Shown here piece by piece: positions 52,438 through 62,686 of a DNA stretch of 64,000 nt. Under the pieces are notes generated by a model, which worked only from the letters and a program-made list of their open reading frames with translations, was not told the DNA's origin and did not search any database. Source of the stretch: Acidobacteriota bacterium (GTDB lineage: Bacteria > Acidobacteriota > UBA890 > WLXD01); assembly GCA_965205505.1 (NCBI GenBank), contig CBDBHB010000008.1:1248001-1312000 (forward strand). Direction: 5' to 3'. How positions within the stretch are numbered: the stretch's first letter is position 1; the number at the start of each line of letters is the position of its first letter. Position numbers and translations under genes: made by a program.

Positions 52438-52686
52438 ATGGCGGCTGACGATTTCGACCCGCGTCTCGGACCGCCGATCGACGGATCAAGATACCCGCCG
52501 ACGTTTCAGCACCCGCCGTGGACGGTGGGGGTCGTGCTGGTGCTCGCCGTGGTCGCCCTGCTGTTCGGCATCCTGGTCCGCCCAATCTGGCTGCTCGTTG
52601 GCTCTCCCTTCATCCTCACCTTGTTCGTGTGGCTAGGAGTGCGGTTCACCCAGTGGCGACGTCGGCGCCGGGGGCCAACCACGTAG
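52438..52686 (+). CDS. Small two-TM membrane protein
   Basis: Two hydrophobic helices and Arg-rich tail; starts 2 bp after previous gene. Confidence 0.55.
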   Translation: MAADDFDPRLGPPIDGSRYPPTFQHPPWTVGVVLVLAVVALLFGILVRPIWLLVGSPFILTLFVWLGVRFTQWRRRRRGPTT

Positions 52687-52820
52687 ATGGACCCACACGC
52701 CGGACCCACCAGAGCTTCGAAGCACCCTGCTAGACTGTCTTAGGGGCGACGCTACCTAGTCAGCAAGGGGGACACCGGCAGTCTCGATAGGGCTGCCGGA
52801 GGTTCCGCAAGGGGATTCTG

Positions 52821-53432
52821 ATGCAAGCCACACGCATGATCGCTGTTCTCTGTGCGCTGTCGATCGCCGCGGTACCCGTGCTCGCCACCCAGGCGAGCGC
52901 CGATACGCACATTCCCTCGGGTACACGCGCCACCGTCGCGCTGCGAGGCTGGCTCAGCTCGGCTGATGCCAACGTCGGCGACACGTTCGAGGCCGCGCTG
53001 GTGAACGACATACTGGTGGAAGGCCAGCTGGTGGTTCCTGCCGGCTCGACGCTCGTCGGTCGCGTCGCCGACGTCGAGCGCGCCCGCGGCATGAGCCGCG
53101 GCGGCAAGCTCACGCTCGTCATCGATAGGCTCGTTAGCGGCGACGGAGATTCGACGCCAGCGCTGGCCACCGTTACCGGGGTCGCCGAAGGCGGCGAGCT
53201 CGAAGGCAAGGACGACAAAGGCAAGAGCGCAGGAATCGGTGGTGCGATCGGTGGCGCCCTGGGCGCCATCATCGGCGGCGCTGCGGGGCTGCTCGTCGGC
53301 CTCGTGGTCGGCGCCGGCGGCGCGATCGCCGGCGGCCGCGGCAAGGACGTCGAGCTCCCTGAGGACACCTATCTGTTGGTGAAGTTCGACCAGCAGGTCG
53401 ATGTCACATGGACCTGGCAACCGCAGAGCTGA
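52821..53432 (+). CDS. Secreted TrbI/VirB10-like beta-domain protein with glycine zipper
   Basis: Signal peptide, IPSGT, VPAGSTLVGRV, GGAIGGALGAIIGG, GKDVELP. Confidence 0.65.
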   Translation: MQATRMIAVLCALSIAAVPVLATQASADTHIPSGTRATVALRGWLSSADANVGDTFEAALVNDILVEGQLVVPAGSTLVGRVADVERARGMSRGGKLTLVIDRLVSGDGDSTPALATVTGVAEGGELEGKDDKGKSAGIGGAIGGALGAIIGGAAGLLVGLVVGAGGAIAGGRGKDVELPEDTYLLVKFDQQVDVTWTWQPQS

Positions 53433-53493
53433 AGCTTCCGTCCCGGCTACGACTTGACCGCAGCGGGCGCCATCGGTGGCCGCTGGCGAAGTC

Positions 53494-54483
53494 TTACTGC
53501 TGCCCGATCTGCGCTTTGAGCGCCAAGATCATCTGCTCGATGTTGTCGCGGTCCGGGGCGTCCGGCGCCTGCTCCAGGTATCCCTCGAGCATCGTGATCG
53601 ACTTGTCGTACTCCTGCGTCTGCAAGTACGCATAGCCGAGGTTCTTGCGAGCCACCGGGAATTCATCCCGCAAGGCCAGCGCACGCTCCATGTGCTCGAT
53701 GCCCTCTTCTATGTGCTGCAGCTGCAGCATGACGGCACCGGCGTTGTACTGCAGCTCGGGGTTGTCGAGCGACTGGGCCGCCGCTATTCGGAGGTGGGGC
53801 AGCGCCCCCTCGAAGTCCTGCTTGGCGGTGTAAACCTGTCCCGCCAGCTGGTGGGCCGAGCGGCTGTTCGGTCTCACCTTCAACATCTCGTCGGTCGCAG
53901 CCAGCGTGGCGTCGTGGTCGCCCTGCTCGAAGCTACCCAGCGCCAGGATCTCGTGGGCGCTCACCCGCATCGTATCTACGTCTTCGCCGCTGACCCCTCG
54001 CATGCCCTCCAGCAACTCGTCGATTGAGGATTCCATGGTGGCCCAGTCCTTTGCCTCGTAGGCGGCAAAGCCTTCCTCATAGAGCTTGTTGAGGGCATCG
54101 TAGTCCACCAGATCCGCAGGCACTCCCAGCGCCAGTGTGGCATCGTAGTTGTTGGGCCCGTGGCTGAACCGAACACCGTTGTTGTACACAGTGTCGTAGC
54201 CATCTGCCTCGACGCGCACGTTGTAGTCCAAGGTGGCGTAGAAGCCACGGCCCTGGAACTCGCCGTTCTCGTCCGCGGTCAGGGTGCGCTCACGCCCGTA
54301 CTCGGGGTCGGTGATCATCACCCGCGCCCCGGGAATTGGTTCCCCGTAGGTGTCTTGGATCCTGCCGCCGACGCTGCAGTCGGCGATCCCCTGAGCCCGG
54401 GCCGGCGGCGCGGTCGTCAGCACGAGGCCAGCGGCTAAGACGGAGGTCAACATTGTCGAGAAGCGTTGTGTCGGTGAGAGCAT
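53494..54483 (-). CDS. Secreted protein with carboxypeptidase-regulatory-like domain and TPR repeats
   Basis: GRIQDTYGEPIPGARV; several TPR motifs (YNAGAV, ARKNLGYAY). Confidence 0.82.
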   Translation of the reverse strand: MLSPTQRFSTMLTSVLAAGLVLTTAPPARAQGIADCSVGGRIQDTYGEPIPGARVMITDPEYGRERTLTADENGEFQGRGFYATLDYNVRVEADGYDTVYNNGVRFSHGPNNYDATLALGVPADLVDYDALNKLYEEGFAAYEAKDWATMESSIDELLEGMRGVSGEDVDTMRVSAHEILALGSFEQGDHDATLAATDEMLKVRPNSRSAHQLAGQVYTAKQDFEGALPHLRIAAAQSLDNPELQYNAGAVMLQLQHIEEGIEHMERALALRDEFPVARKNLGYAYLQTQEYDKSITMLEGYLEQAPDAPDRDNIEQMILALKAQIGQQ

Positions 54484-54619
54484 GCAAGCCTCCTGTCGGC
54501 CTGACCCTGTGTGTCCAGAAACGATGTAATTGTACCTTAGCGCACTCGTCACGATGCTCAAGGTCTCCAGCGAGGAGCCTGCTCTTAAAAGCTGTCTTCA
54601 GCAGCGTACGAGACCACCG

Positions 54620-55555
54620 CTATGATCTTGGCACCGGCGTGCCTTCGAGCGCTAGGGCGACGGTAGCGCAGTGAATATCGACGATATCCGCCATTTCGGT
54701 CGAGTATCCGCCGGCCATCACGACCGCCACCGGAACGCCGCGATCGCGACACCAGTCGAGCACATAGCGATCGCGCCTTGCCAGACCTTCCTTCGACAGC
54801 GCCAAGCGCCCGAGTCGATCACCGGCGAACGGGTCCGCCCCCGAAACGTATACGGCCAGGTCCGCCGCATGGTGCGCCGGCCCGTCGGCCAGGGCGCGTT
54901 CGAGCGCGTCCAAGTACTCGACATCGGCCACGGCGTCGTCGAGCGCGACGTCGAGGTCGCCTGCCTCTTTGCGGAAGGGGAAATTGCGTCGCCCGTGCAT
55001 GGAGAACGTAAACACGCTTGGATCGCCGCGGAAGATCGCCGCAGTTCCGTTACCCTGATGTACGTCACAGTCCACCACCACCACCCGTTGGGCTCGCTGC
55101 TCGCGTTGGTGCACGCGAATCGCCACCGCGACATCATTGAAGACGCAATAGCCCTCACCACGATCGGTAAACGCGTGGTGCGTGCCACCAGCGAGGTTCA
55201 CCCCTACGCCATAGTCAAGCGCTGCTGCGCACGCGGCGATCGTCGCGCCGACGGACCGACGCGACCGCTCGACGAGCTGTGGTGACCACGGAAAGCCGAT
55301 GCGGCGGATCTCGCTCGACGTCAGCAGCCCCTCGGTCACACGCTGGATGTACTCGTCTGTATGAGCCAGCCGGAGCTGGTCGTCCGTGGCGGCGGCGGGC
55401 ACCTCGAGATCGGTGTGCGAAACTACACCGCTGTCGAGCAAGCGCTCGCGCAACTGACGGTACTTCGCCATCGGGAAGCGATGTCCGGAGGGCAACGGCA
55501 GCACGAACTCGTCGCTGTAGAAGAGGCGCCCGCGGTGGCTAGTGCTCCTGATCAT
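54620..55555 (-). CDS. Histone deacetylase family (Zn-dependent) protein
   Basis: HRFPMAKY, GGTHHA, GYCVFND, DCDVHQGNGT, GADP, GGY; start uncertain (ATG lies inside a repeat). Confidence 0.88.
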   Translation of the reverse strand: MIRSTSHRGRLFYSDEFVLPLPSGHRFPMAKYRQLRERLLDSGVVSHTDLEVPAAATDDQLRLAHTDEYIQRVTEGLLTSSEIRRIGFPWSPQLVERSRRSVGATIAACAAALDYGVGVNLAGGTHHAFTDRGEGYCVFNDVAVAIRVHQREQRAQRVVVVDCDVHQGNGTAAIFRGDPSVFTFSMHGRRNFPFRKEAGDLDVALDDAVADVEYLDALERALADGPAHHAADLAVYVSGADPFAGDRLGRLALSKEGLARRDRYVLDWCRDRGVPVAVVMAGGYSTEMADIVDIHCATVALALEGTPVPRS

Positions 55556-55574
55556 AAGTACGGTGACGCACTAG
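55539..55574. repeat. Collapsed 36-bp family B MITE remnant
   Basis: ctagtgctcctgatcataagtacggtgacgcactag matches the TIR at 245-274. Confidence 0.75.
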
Positions 55575-55612
55575 CTAACTTCGCAACCAGATGTGCTCAG
55601 CAACCCCCGCCG

Positions 55613-56564
55613 TCACTGCGCTAGTAGGGTCGGACGGAATACCGACACCTGCTTCAGCATGCGATCCTTCTGTCCACCCGTAAACCGCACCATGCACTGA
55701 TCGTCGGCGTAATCCATGAAGTTGGTCGTCGGGTCGCGCCGCGGCAGGTCCGGACACGAGTCCTTTTTCGTCGGACATCCCTCTGTCGGCACTCCTTCGG
55801 CAGGGGTATCGTCCACGCGGTCCCCCAACCCTACACAGCCACCCTGAAAGGTGTGATAGAGGCCCAGATAGTGGCCCACCTCATGCGTCAGGGTGTCGCC
55901 TTCGTTGAAGCGGGCGAAGGCACCGCCGGGCATCGATGCGTAGTGGATAACGACCCCATGCATCGGATCAGCCTCTCCTCCCCAGTCGTTGGGAAACCAC
56001 GCGTAGCCGAGAATCGAGTTGGTCGGTCGGCATGTGTAGACGTTGAGGGTGGTTGCGGGATCGACGGCGTGCCTTCTCTTGAAGCTCCGTTCGACGCCGA
56101 AGTCCAAGCACTTGGTGGCGAATCGATTGTCGTCGTGGCGGATGATCTCTCTGAGCTTGAACTTGAACCCCTTGCTGCTGAAGGAGTCGCTGAGAACGGC
56201 CATCTGGTCGTCAACCTGTTGATCAGTTGACATCGAAGGTGCCGTTCTTCTTCCGCACGATGTGGAAGGTCACCGGAATGGTGATCTTCCCCGCTAGTGC
56301 CGCTGCGTCACGTTGCGGCAGCTGGCTGGCAACCACCATTTCCACCAGGTCCTTCTCGGCCTCGCCAACGGGCCTCGTGGCGCAGCGAAGAGGGGCGGTA
56401 GCCTCGTCGAGCGCCCCCGCCGTCGAGCTTCGAATCAGCTGTGAGCGATCCCAGCCGTTAGGGGGCTCACGGAGCGCCTCGCGGGCGGTTCGCTGTTGCG
56501 CGGATGCCGTCGCGAATGCCATAAGCACGCACGAAACACCAATGGCTACCACGGGCTTGTGCAT
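55613..56564 (-). pseudogene. M43 (pappalysin/ulilysin-like) zinc metalloprotease, +1 frameshift near 56226
   Basis: Signal and prodomain (RCAT, IPVTFHIV) in one frame; HEVGHYLGLYH and NFMDY Met-turn in the next; removing one A restores FDVTDQQV. Confidence 0.85.
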
Positions 56565-56935
56565 CAGAGAGCGGCCTCCTGAGGCCATCCGGAAGGGGTA
56601 ACCAATAGCTTACAGGTGCAAGCGGCCGCCGGCACGGTGAGTGGCGTGGCTGATGTGAGCTAGTGCTGCATCGCCAACAACTCCGGCACGGTGACCAACC
56701 TGAACCCTCGCCGAGAGAGGTTGGCGACCATCCACCGCGTCGCGGTGACCACATGGTCCCGCGCGCCGCCTCCGTCGTGGAGCAGGACGATCGAGCCCGG
56801 GCGAACCTGAGTAAGGGTGCGCAGCGCCACGCGCTGAGCCGACCGTGTGCTCCAATCCCTTGCCTGCACTGACCTGACCCCCCAAAACGGATCCAGAGGT
56901 AATCTCACGATCTGGGTCGAAAAGGGGAGGTCAGA

Positions 56936-57214
56936 ATGCCGACGAAGAGGCACAGCGCCGAGCAGATCGTACGCAAGCTCCGGGAGGCTGAAGTGGAGCA
57001 GGCGCAAGGCGGGACGGTCAAGGATGCCTGCCGCAAGCTAGCGATCACCGAGCACACCTACTATCGGTGGCGGCGGGAGTACGGGGGGCTGAAGGTCAAC
57101 CAGGCCAGAAGGCTCAAGCAGCTGGAGAAAGAAAACGCCCGGCTCAAGAAACTGGTGGCGGAGAAAGAGCTCGACCTGTCGATCCTGAAGGAAGTCGCGG
57201 AGGGAAACTTCTGA
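56936..57214 (+). CDS. IS3 transposase OrfA
   Basis: HTH plus leucine zipper [16 protein letters not shown]. Confidence 0.9.
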   Translation: MPTKRHSAEQIVRKLREAEVEQAQGGTVKDACRKLAITEHTYYRWRREYGGLKVNQARRLKQLEKENARLKKLVAEKELDLSILKEVAEGNF

Positions 57215-58095
57215 GCCCAGCTCGACGGCGCGAGGCGGTGGCGCATGTACGGGGGCGGCTGGGCGTCTCCGAGAGGCGGGCGTGCCGGGTACTGAAACAA
57301 CCACGCACGACACACAGGTACATGCCAAGAGAACCGGGCGATGAGCAGATGTTGACGGAGCGGATCGTGGATCTAGCCCGACAATACGGGCGCTACGGGT
57401 ATCGGCGAGTGACGGCGTTGTTGCGTATGGAGGGCTGGTGGGTGAACCACAAACGAGTGCAGCGTATCTGGAGGCGTGAGGGGCTGAAAGTACCGACAAA
57501 GCAGCCCAAACGAGCCCGGCTGTGGCTCAGCGATGGCTCGTGCATCCGGCTGCGACCACAGCGCAAAGATCACGTCTGGGCGTATGACTTCGTTCATCAC
57601 CGGACGCACGAGGGTCGGGCTATGAGGCTGCTGACGATCGTCGATGAGTACACACGAGAAAGCCTGGCGATCGACGTGGCACGGAAGCTCAACTGTGAGG
57701 ACGTGCTCGAGCGGCTCGGGTGGTTGTTCGTGCACCGGGGCATACCTGAGCACATCCGGTCCGATAACGGACCGGAGTTCACCGCCGAGGCGGTTCGCGA
57801 CTGGCTCGGTAGGCTCGGTGTGGGCACGCTGTTCATCGAGCCGGGCTCGCCGTGGGAGAACGGCTACGTGGAGAGCTTCAACGGCAAGCTCCGAGACGAG
57901 CTGCTCAACGGCGAGATCTTCTACACGCTCAAGGAGGCAAAGGTTCTGATCGAGAGATGGAGGCAGCAGTACAACCGCATGCGACCGCACAGCTCGTTGG
58001 GCTACCGACCACCGGCCCCGGAGGCGCTGTTGTTGAAGCCGGCTACGCTCCGCTTCGCCGGCCTCAACAACCCCTTGTCAGCACCGAGTTACTGA
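57211..58095 (+). CDS. IS3 transposase OrfB (DDE), -1 frame
   Basis: [37 protein letters not shown]. Confidence 0.92.
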   Translation: MSPARRREAVAHVRGRLGVSERRACRVLKQPRTTHRYMPREPGDEQMLTERIVDLARQYGRYGYRRVTALLRMEGWWVNHKRVQRIWRREGLKVPTKQPKRARLWLSDGSCIRLRPQRKDHVWAYDFVHHRTHEGRAMRLLTIVDEYTRESLAIDVARKLNCEDVLERLGWLFVHRGIPEHIRSDNGPEFTAEAVRDWLGRLGVGTLFIEPGSPWENGYVESFNGKLRDELLNGEIFYTLKEAKVLIERWRQQYNRMRPHSSLGYRPPAPEALLLKPATLRFAGLNNPLSAPSY

Positions 58096-58761
58096 GATAA
58101 GACGTGGTACTAACCGTGGGGTCAGGTCAGGACCTCGCAGCCGTGAGTCCATGGTTCCGTAGGGCGGCCGCAGTAGCCACGGGCGCAGTCCCGTCGCTCT
58201 ACGGATCGCCTCGGCGGCGCGTTCAATCTCGGCGCGGATCTGTGCGTCTGCCAGCGTCGGCAGCGATCGATGCGTGAACGAGTGATTGCCTATGGCATGC
58301 CCCTCGCGCACGATCCGTCTGGCCAGCCCCGGGTGACGCGCCACGTTCTCGCCGATCAGGAAGAACGTCGCGACCACGCCATGATCCCGCAGGACGTCGA
58401 GGATCTGGGCAGTGTCAGGATCGCGCGGGCCGTCGTCGAAGGTCAGGGCGACGACGGACTCGGAAACGTCGACACTGGAGACGACCTGATCCGATTGCGC
58501 CAAGCTGACGACGCGCTCGAAGGGGGTCGCACGGGCGACCGTACCACTCGCGGCGAGCCCAACTACCAGGGCCACGGAAAACCGTCGCATCATCTCTTGC
58601 TCATGGTCCCAGGCCGGTGCCCGAGTAAACCGCAGGCGTGCTTGCCTGGCCGGTCGGCCGATATCTTTACGAGCTTTGTATGCCGGCTCCGGCCAGAAAC
58701 GGCTCGGTCGGCGGCTAGCAGGCCGAAGGGTTTCGGCCGGCAACGCTCCCACCTCGGTCCG

Positions 58762-59830
58762 CTAGCCGCTTCGGACGTAGATCGTTATGGCGGGTCCGAA
58801 CAGAGCCACGAACGCCGGGTTCTCGGCGCTGACCATCTCGATGATGTTCAGGTCGGGCAGCAAGTTCAGCCGCCGGCGGATCGGGACGGCCGTCTTGAGG
58901 TGCTTTTCCAGGTCGCTCTCCGCCTGGCGCTGCTGAGCCGGCTGCGCCAGACCACGGTAGATCACCATGAACGAGAATTCTCGGTGCGCCTTGGTGGACC
59001 GCAGTCCGGAGCCGTAGAGATAGAGCGCCTCCAGCCACGCGAAATCGTCCCAGGTGCCGTCGAGCGAGGCCAGCGAGACTGCCGCCTCCTGCACGGTCAT
59101 CTTCGTGATCCGACGACGCCTCGGCTTAGGGCGCGCCGCCTCCTGTGTCGTCGCGGATGGGCCGACTACCTTGATGGCAGCTTTCTTCACCGCGGTCTTC
59201 TTCTTCACCGCGGTCTTCTTCTTCACCGCGGTCTTCTTCTTCACCGCGGTCTTCTTCTTCACCGCGGTCTTCTTCTTCACCGCGGTCTTCTTCTTCACCG
59301 CGGCTTCTTCTTCACTGCAGGCTTCTTCTTCACTGCAGGCTTCTTCTTCACTGCAGGCTTCTTCTTCACTGCAGGCTTCTTCTTCACTGCAGGCTTCTTC
59401 TTCACTGCAGGCTTCTTCTTCACTGCAGGCTTCTTCTTCACTGCAGGCTTCTTCTTCACTGCAGGCTTCTTCTTCACTGCAGGCTTCTTCTTCACTGCAG
59501 GCTTCTTCTTCACTGCAGGCTTCTTCTTCACTGCAGGCTTCTTCTTCACTGCAGGCTTCTTCTTCACTGCAGGCTTCTTCTTCCGCAGGCTTCTTCTTCA
59601 CCGCAGGCTTCTTCTTCACCGCAGGCTTCTTCTTCACCGCAGGCTTCTTCTTCACCGCAGGCTTCTTCTTCACCGCAGGCCTTCTTCTTCACCGCGGCCT
59701 TCTTCTTCACCGCGGCCTTCTTCTTCACCGCGGCCTTCTTCTTCACCGCGGCCTTCTTCTTCACCGCGGCCTTCTTCTTCACCGCGGCCTTCTTCTTCGC
59801 CACTTTCTTCTCGGCCCTTTTCCTGGCCAT
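58762..59830 (-). CDS. Histone H1-like lysine-rich repeat protein fused to an NTase-like C-terminal domain (three indels in the repeat as assembled)
   Basis: MARKRAEKKVA then about 34 KKK[A/P/T]AV units, then a globular ~110-aa domain with LEALYLYGS. Confidence 0.7.
59182..59798. repeat. 18-bp tandem repeat, about 34 units in four sequence blocks
   Basis: Blocks ttcttcttcaccgcggtc, ttcttcttcactgcaggc, ttcttcttcaccgcaggc, ttcttcttcaccgcggcc; 17-, 16- and 19-bp units at the block junctions. Confidence 0.95.
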
Positions 59831-60668
59831 GAGATACCTCTCGTCACTCACGAACCTGCCACCAACCGCACCCGGCAAGAAATCCTGAAACATCGCCGGG
59901 TAACTTCGCTTGATGTTCGTCTTACGGCGAATATAGTACGCATACGAGTTCGTTTTTCGCGCCTCTCGGATCCTCTTATGGACCGGGGCACGTCTTGCGT
60001 CAATGGGCCGACGCGCCGTTGGACGATTCCATCGACGGCACCCGCTCGGCGCGCAGGCTACGCTGACGACGTGAGCCTACGAGAGCGAGCGAGGTTCTGG
60101 CGACAGTTCCGGCGGCAATCCGCCACGACTGGGGCACTGACGCCATCCTCCAGATACCTGGCCACGGCCATGGTCCGCCCACTGCGACGGCACCGAAGAA
60201 CTACCTCAGCGGAACCGGTTCAGATTGTCGAGATGGGCCCGGGTACGGGCGCCATCACGCGTGAGATCGCTCGCCTCCTACGGCCCGGCGACATGCTCGA
60301 TTGCTACGAGATCGATGACGGATTCGCGAGCTATCTGCAGCAACGGGTGGCCACCGACGAGCTATTCGAAGCGGTGCGCGATGGCGTGCGCGTGCACGTG
60401 ATGCCGGCACAGGCAGCAAGCCTGGACAGCGCCGCTCAGTTCGTCATCTGCAGCCTGCCGCTGAACAACCTGGCGCCCGAAGCTGTACACGACATCTTCC
60501 GTACGGGTGCGCGACTCCTCGACGGACGGGGGTGGTTCACGTATTTCGAGTACATCGCGTTGCCAGCGCTCAAGCGGCGCTTCACGGGGATTGACCTGAC
60601 CCCACGGTTAGTACCACGTCTTATCTCAGTAACTCGGTGCTGTGACCCCACCCCGAAATCAGTACCAG

Positions 60669-61523
60669 TCAGAGGTTTAGGATTCGGTGTTCCGAAGCCT
60701 CCGGTTGCCAGCCCCTGGCGAACTCCGTAGGAGTTCGATCGTTCAGTGAGCTGTGTGGTCTGTGGGTATTGTAATCAAGCCTCCAAGCCTCCAGTTTTCG
60801 GCGCGCGTCATCGATCGAGAAGAACAGGTTGGCGTTGAGGCATTCGTCGCGAAGCCGTCCGTTGAAACTCTCGATGAACGCATTCTCCACGGGCTTTCCC
60901 GGCCGAATGAACTCCAACTGCACGCCTCTTCGGTACGCCCAGGAGTCCATCGCCTGGGAGTAGAATTCTGAGCCATTGTCGACGGTGATGACCCGTGGCA
61001 ACGGCCCGGCAAACGACAGCCGCTCGAGTGCTCCAGCCACCGCCTTGCCGGTCATCGACACGCCCGGCTCAAGTAACGGACATTCACGGCTAAACTGATC
61101 GACCACCGTCAGCACCCGAAACGGCCGGCCACTCTCGAGCCGATCGGTCACGAAGTCCATGCTCCAGCGCTCGTTGGGCCGCTCTGCGGGCGGCAGCACA
61201 AGCCGTATGTGACTCGCCCGCTTGCGCCGTCGCTTTTTGGTCCGTACCTCCAGCCCCTCCTCTCGATAGATCCGATACACGCGCTTCTGGTTCACTACCC
61301 ATCCCTCGCGGCGTAGCAACACGCACAACCTCCGATACCCGAACCGCGGACGCGCCGCGGCGAGCTCGCCAAGACGACGCCGCAGCACGGGGTCGTCCGT
61401 CCTTGTGCTCTGATACCGATGGCTGGTGCGCGACAACTCGATCAGCCGACACGCTCGACGCTCACTGACACGGAACCCGTCCTGCAGGTACCGCACCACC
61501 TCGCGCTTGCGCGCCGGCTTCAC
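60669..61523 (-). CDS. IS3 transposase OrfB (DDE)
   Basis: [35 protein letters not shown]. Confidence 0.92.
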   Translation of the reverse strand: MKPARKREVVRYLQDGFRVSERRACRLIELSRTSHRYQSTRTDDPVLRRRLGELAAARPRFGYRRLCVLLRREGWVVNQKRVYRIYREEGLEVRTKKRRRKRASHIRLVLPPAERPNERWSMDFVTDRLESGRPFRVLTVVDQFSRECPLLEPGVSMTGKAVAGALERLSFAGPLPRVITVDNGSEFYSQAMDSWAYRRGVQLEFIRPGKPVENAFIESFNGRLRDECLNANLFFSIDDARRKLEAWRLDYNTHRPHSSLNDRTPTEFARGWQPEASEHRILNL

Positions 61524-61786
61524 ACCTTTTTTGACAGCACCTCCTGGAGCATGTGCTTGTCCAAGCTCAGATCTGCCACCAGCTGCTTCAACTTCCGGTT
61601 CTCATGGCGGAGTTGTCGTAGCTCCCGAAGTTCGGCCACGCCCATCCCGGCGAACTTGCGGCGCCACGTGTACAACGTCTGCTCGCTGACGCCCAGCTTG
61701 CGACACACCTCCTTGATCGGCGTGCCCGCCTCAGCCTGCCGCAGCGCGTAGGCGATCTGCTCGTCCGTGTACCTCTTCCGCTTCAT
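61520..61786 (-). CDS. IS3 transposase OrfA
   Basis: YTDEQI HTH; ends in AAAAAAG slippery site. Confidence 0.9.
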   Translation of the reverse strand: MKRKRYTDEQIAYALRQAEAGTPIKEVCRKLGVSEQTLYTWRRKFAGMGVAELRELRQLRHENRKLKQLVADLSLDKHMLQEVLSKKV

Positions 61787-61990
61787 CTGTCCTCCTGCTT
61801 GGAGGACGACGGTACACCGATTTCCTAAACATCAACCTGGCACCGTTTTCGGGGTTTGGGTCAGGATCACCGAGCGTCAACGCATCGACGAAGTACGGCG
61901 AGTCAAGCGCAGGCATGGCGCACATGGTGCGGAGACACAGGTGGTCTGGGCCAACCTGCCGCCGGCACGGGCAGTACATCGACGCCTCGA

Positions 61991-62686
61991 CTAGCAGGCC
62001 GTGGTGAAAGTGTGGTGGGACCCCAGTGTTCTGTAACAGAGGTTCGTTGAAACTTGTGGCGCGGCTAGTGGCCTGTAACAGATGATCGTTGCGTATCGCA
62101 GATGGGATTTGCGGGTGAGATCAAGGCGCGGCGAGGAAGGCGATGCTAGCAGGCCGTGATGGAAGTGTGGTGGGTCTGGCAAGTGGGACTCACGGGCTAG
62201 CAGGCCGTGGTGAAAGTGTGGTGGGTCTGGCAAGTGGGACTCACGGGCTAGCAGGCCGTGGTGAAAGTGTGGTGGGTCCGGCAAGTGGGACTCACGGGCT
62301 AGCAGGCCGTGGTGAAAGTGTGGTGGGTCCGGTTACGGCGAGTTGGGGCCAGATGCAAGGCGGCCTGACACTGGCGATGCCCTAGCCATCGTCGAGGAAG
62401 GCCAACGCCGCAAATGGCCCCAACTCGCCGTAACCCTTCGGGCGACAGGGGGTTGCGCGCGTATTCTGCGTCGTTCCTCGTCAACGATGGGGTTACCATC
62501 GCCCGTGACTCCCACTTGCCCTACGGGTTACGCCGCCAACGGCGCGTCTCCGGCGTCGCCGCTCCTAGACGATGCGCACGGGCATCGCCGGCGACGCGGC
62601 GCCTTGGATCTGCGCCCTTGGCGGCGTAACCAGACCCATCACACTTCCACCACGATATGCAACGATCATCTGTTACAGGCCACTAG
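61991..62686. repeat. Composite family A/C MITE cluster with 51-bp tandem array
   Basis: Family A TIRs at 62065 and 62686; units ctagcaggccgtggtgaaagtgtggtgggtctggcaagtgggactcacggg start at 62146, 62197, 62248 and (partial) 62299. Confidence 0.88.

Larger units (their letters stand above)
56870..58129 (+). mobile_element. IS3-family element A (1260 bp)
   Basis: TG...CA ends tgacctgacccc / ggggtcaggtca; orfA/orfB with GGGAAAC slippery site; no exact target duplication (gcac vs ggac). Confidence 0.93.
56660..58593 (-). pseudogene. NodB-type polysaccharide deacetylase interrupted by IS3
   Basis: TFDDGP, HSFTH and RPPYG before the IS; DW and IVLLHD after it. Confidence 0.88.
60592..61863 (-). 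mobile_element. IS3-family element B (60643-61863) plus a 51-bp right end of element A, flanked together by GGAT direct repeats
   Basis: IRs tgaccccaccccgaaa / tttcggggtttgggtca; 60592-60642 equals reverse complement of 58079-58129; GGAT at 60588-60591 and 61864-61867. Confidence 0.92.
60071..61994 (+). pseudogene. PmtA-like SAM-dependent (phospholipid) N-methyltransferase split by IS insertion
   Basis: TGALTPSSRYLA, VEMGPGTGAIT, CSLP before; VWANLPPA after; removing the insert plus one GGAT restores the frame (KRRFTGITERQ). Confidence 0.85.

Noticed and set aside
52821-53432. Type IV secretion system component
   Set aside because: Isolated TrbI-like domain with no other vir/trb genes in the window
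58270-60070. Long plus-strand ORFs with HRGLLL, TAGFFF and ASSSLQ repeats
   Set aside because: Antisense shadows of the 18-bp KKKxAV repeat; only the part from 60071 is a real methyltransferase
62146-62330. CRISPR array
   Set aside because: Units are near-identical over their whole length with no unique spacers; no cas genes; derived from a MITE end
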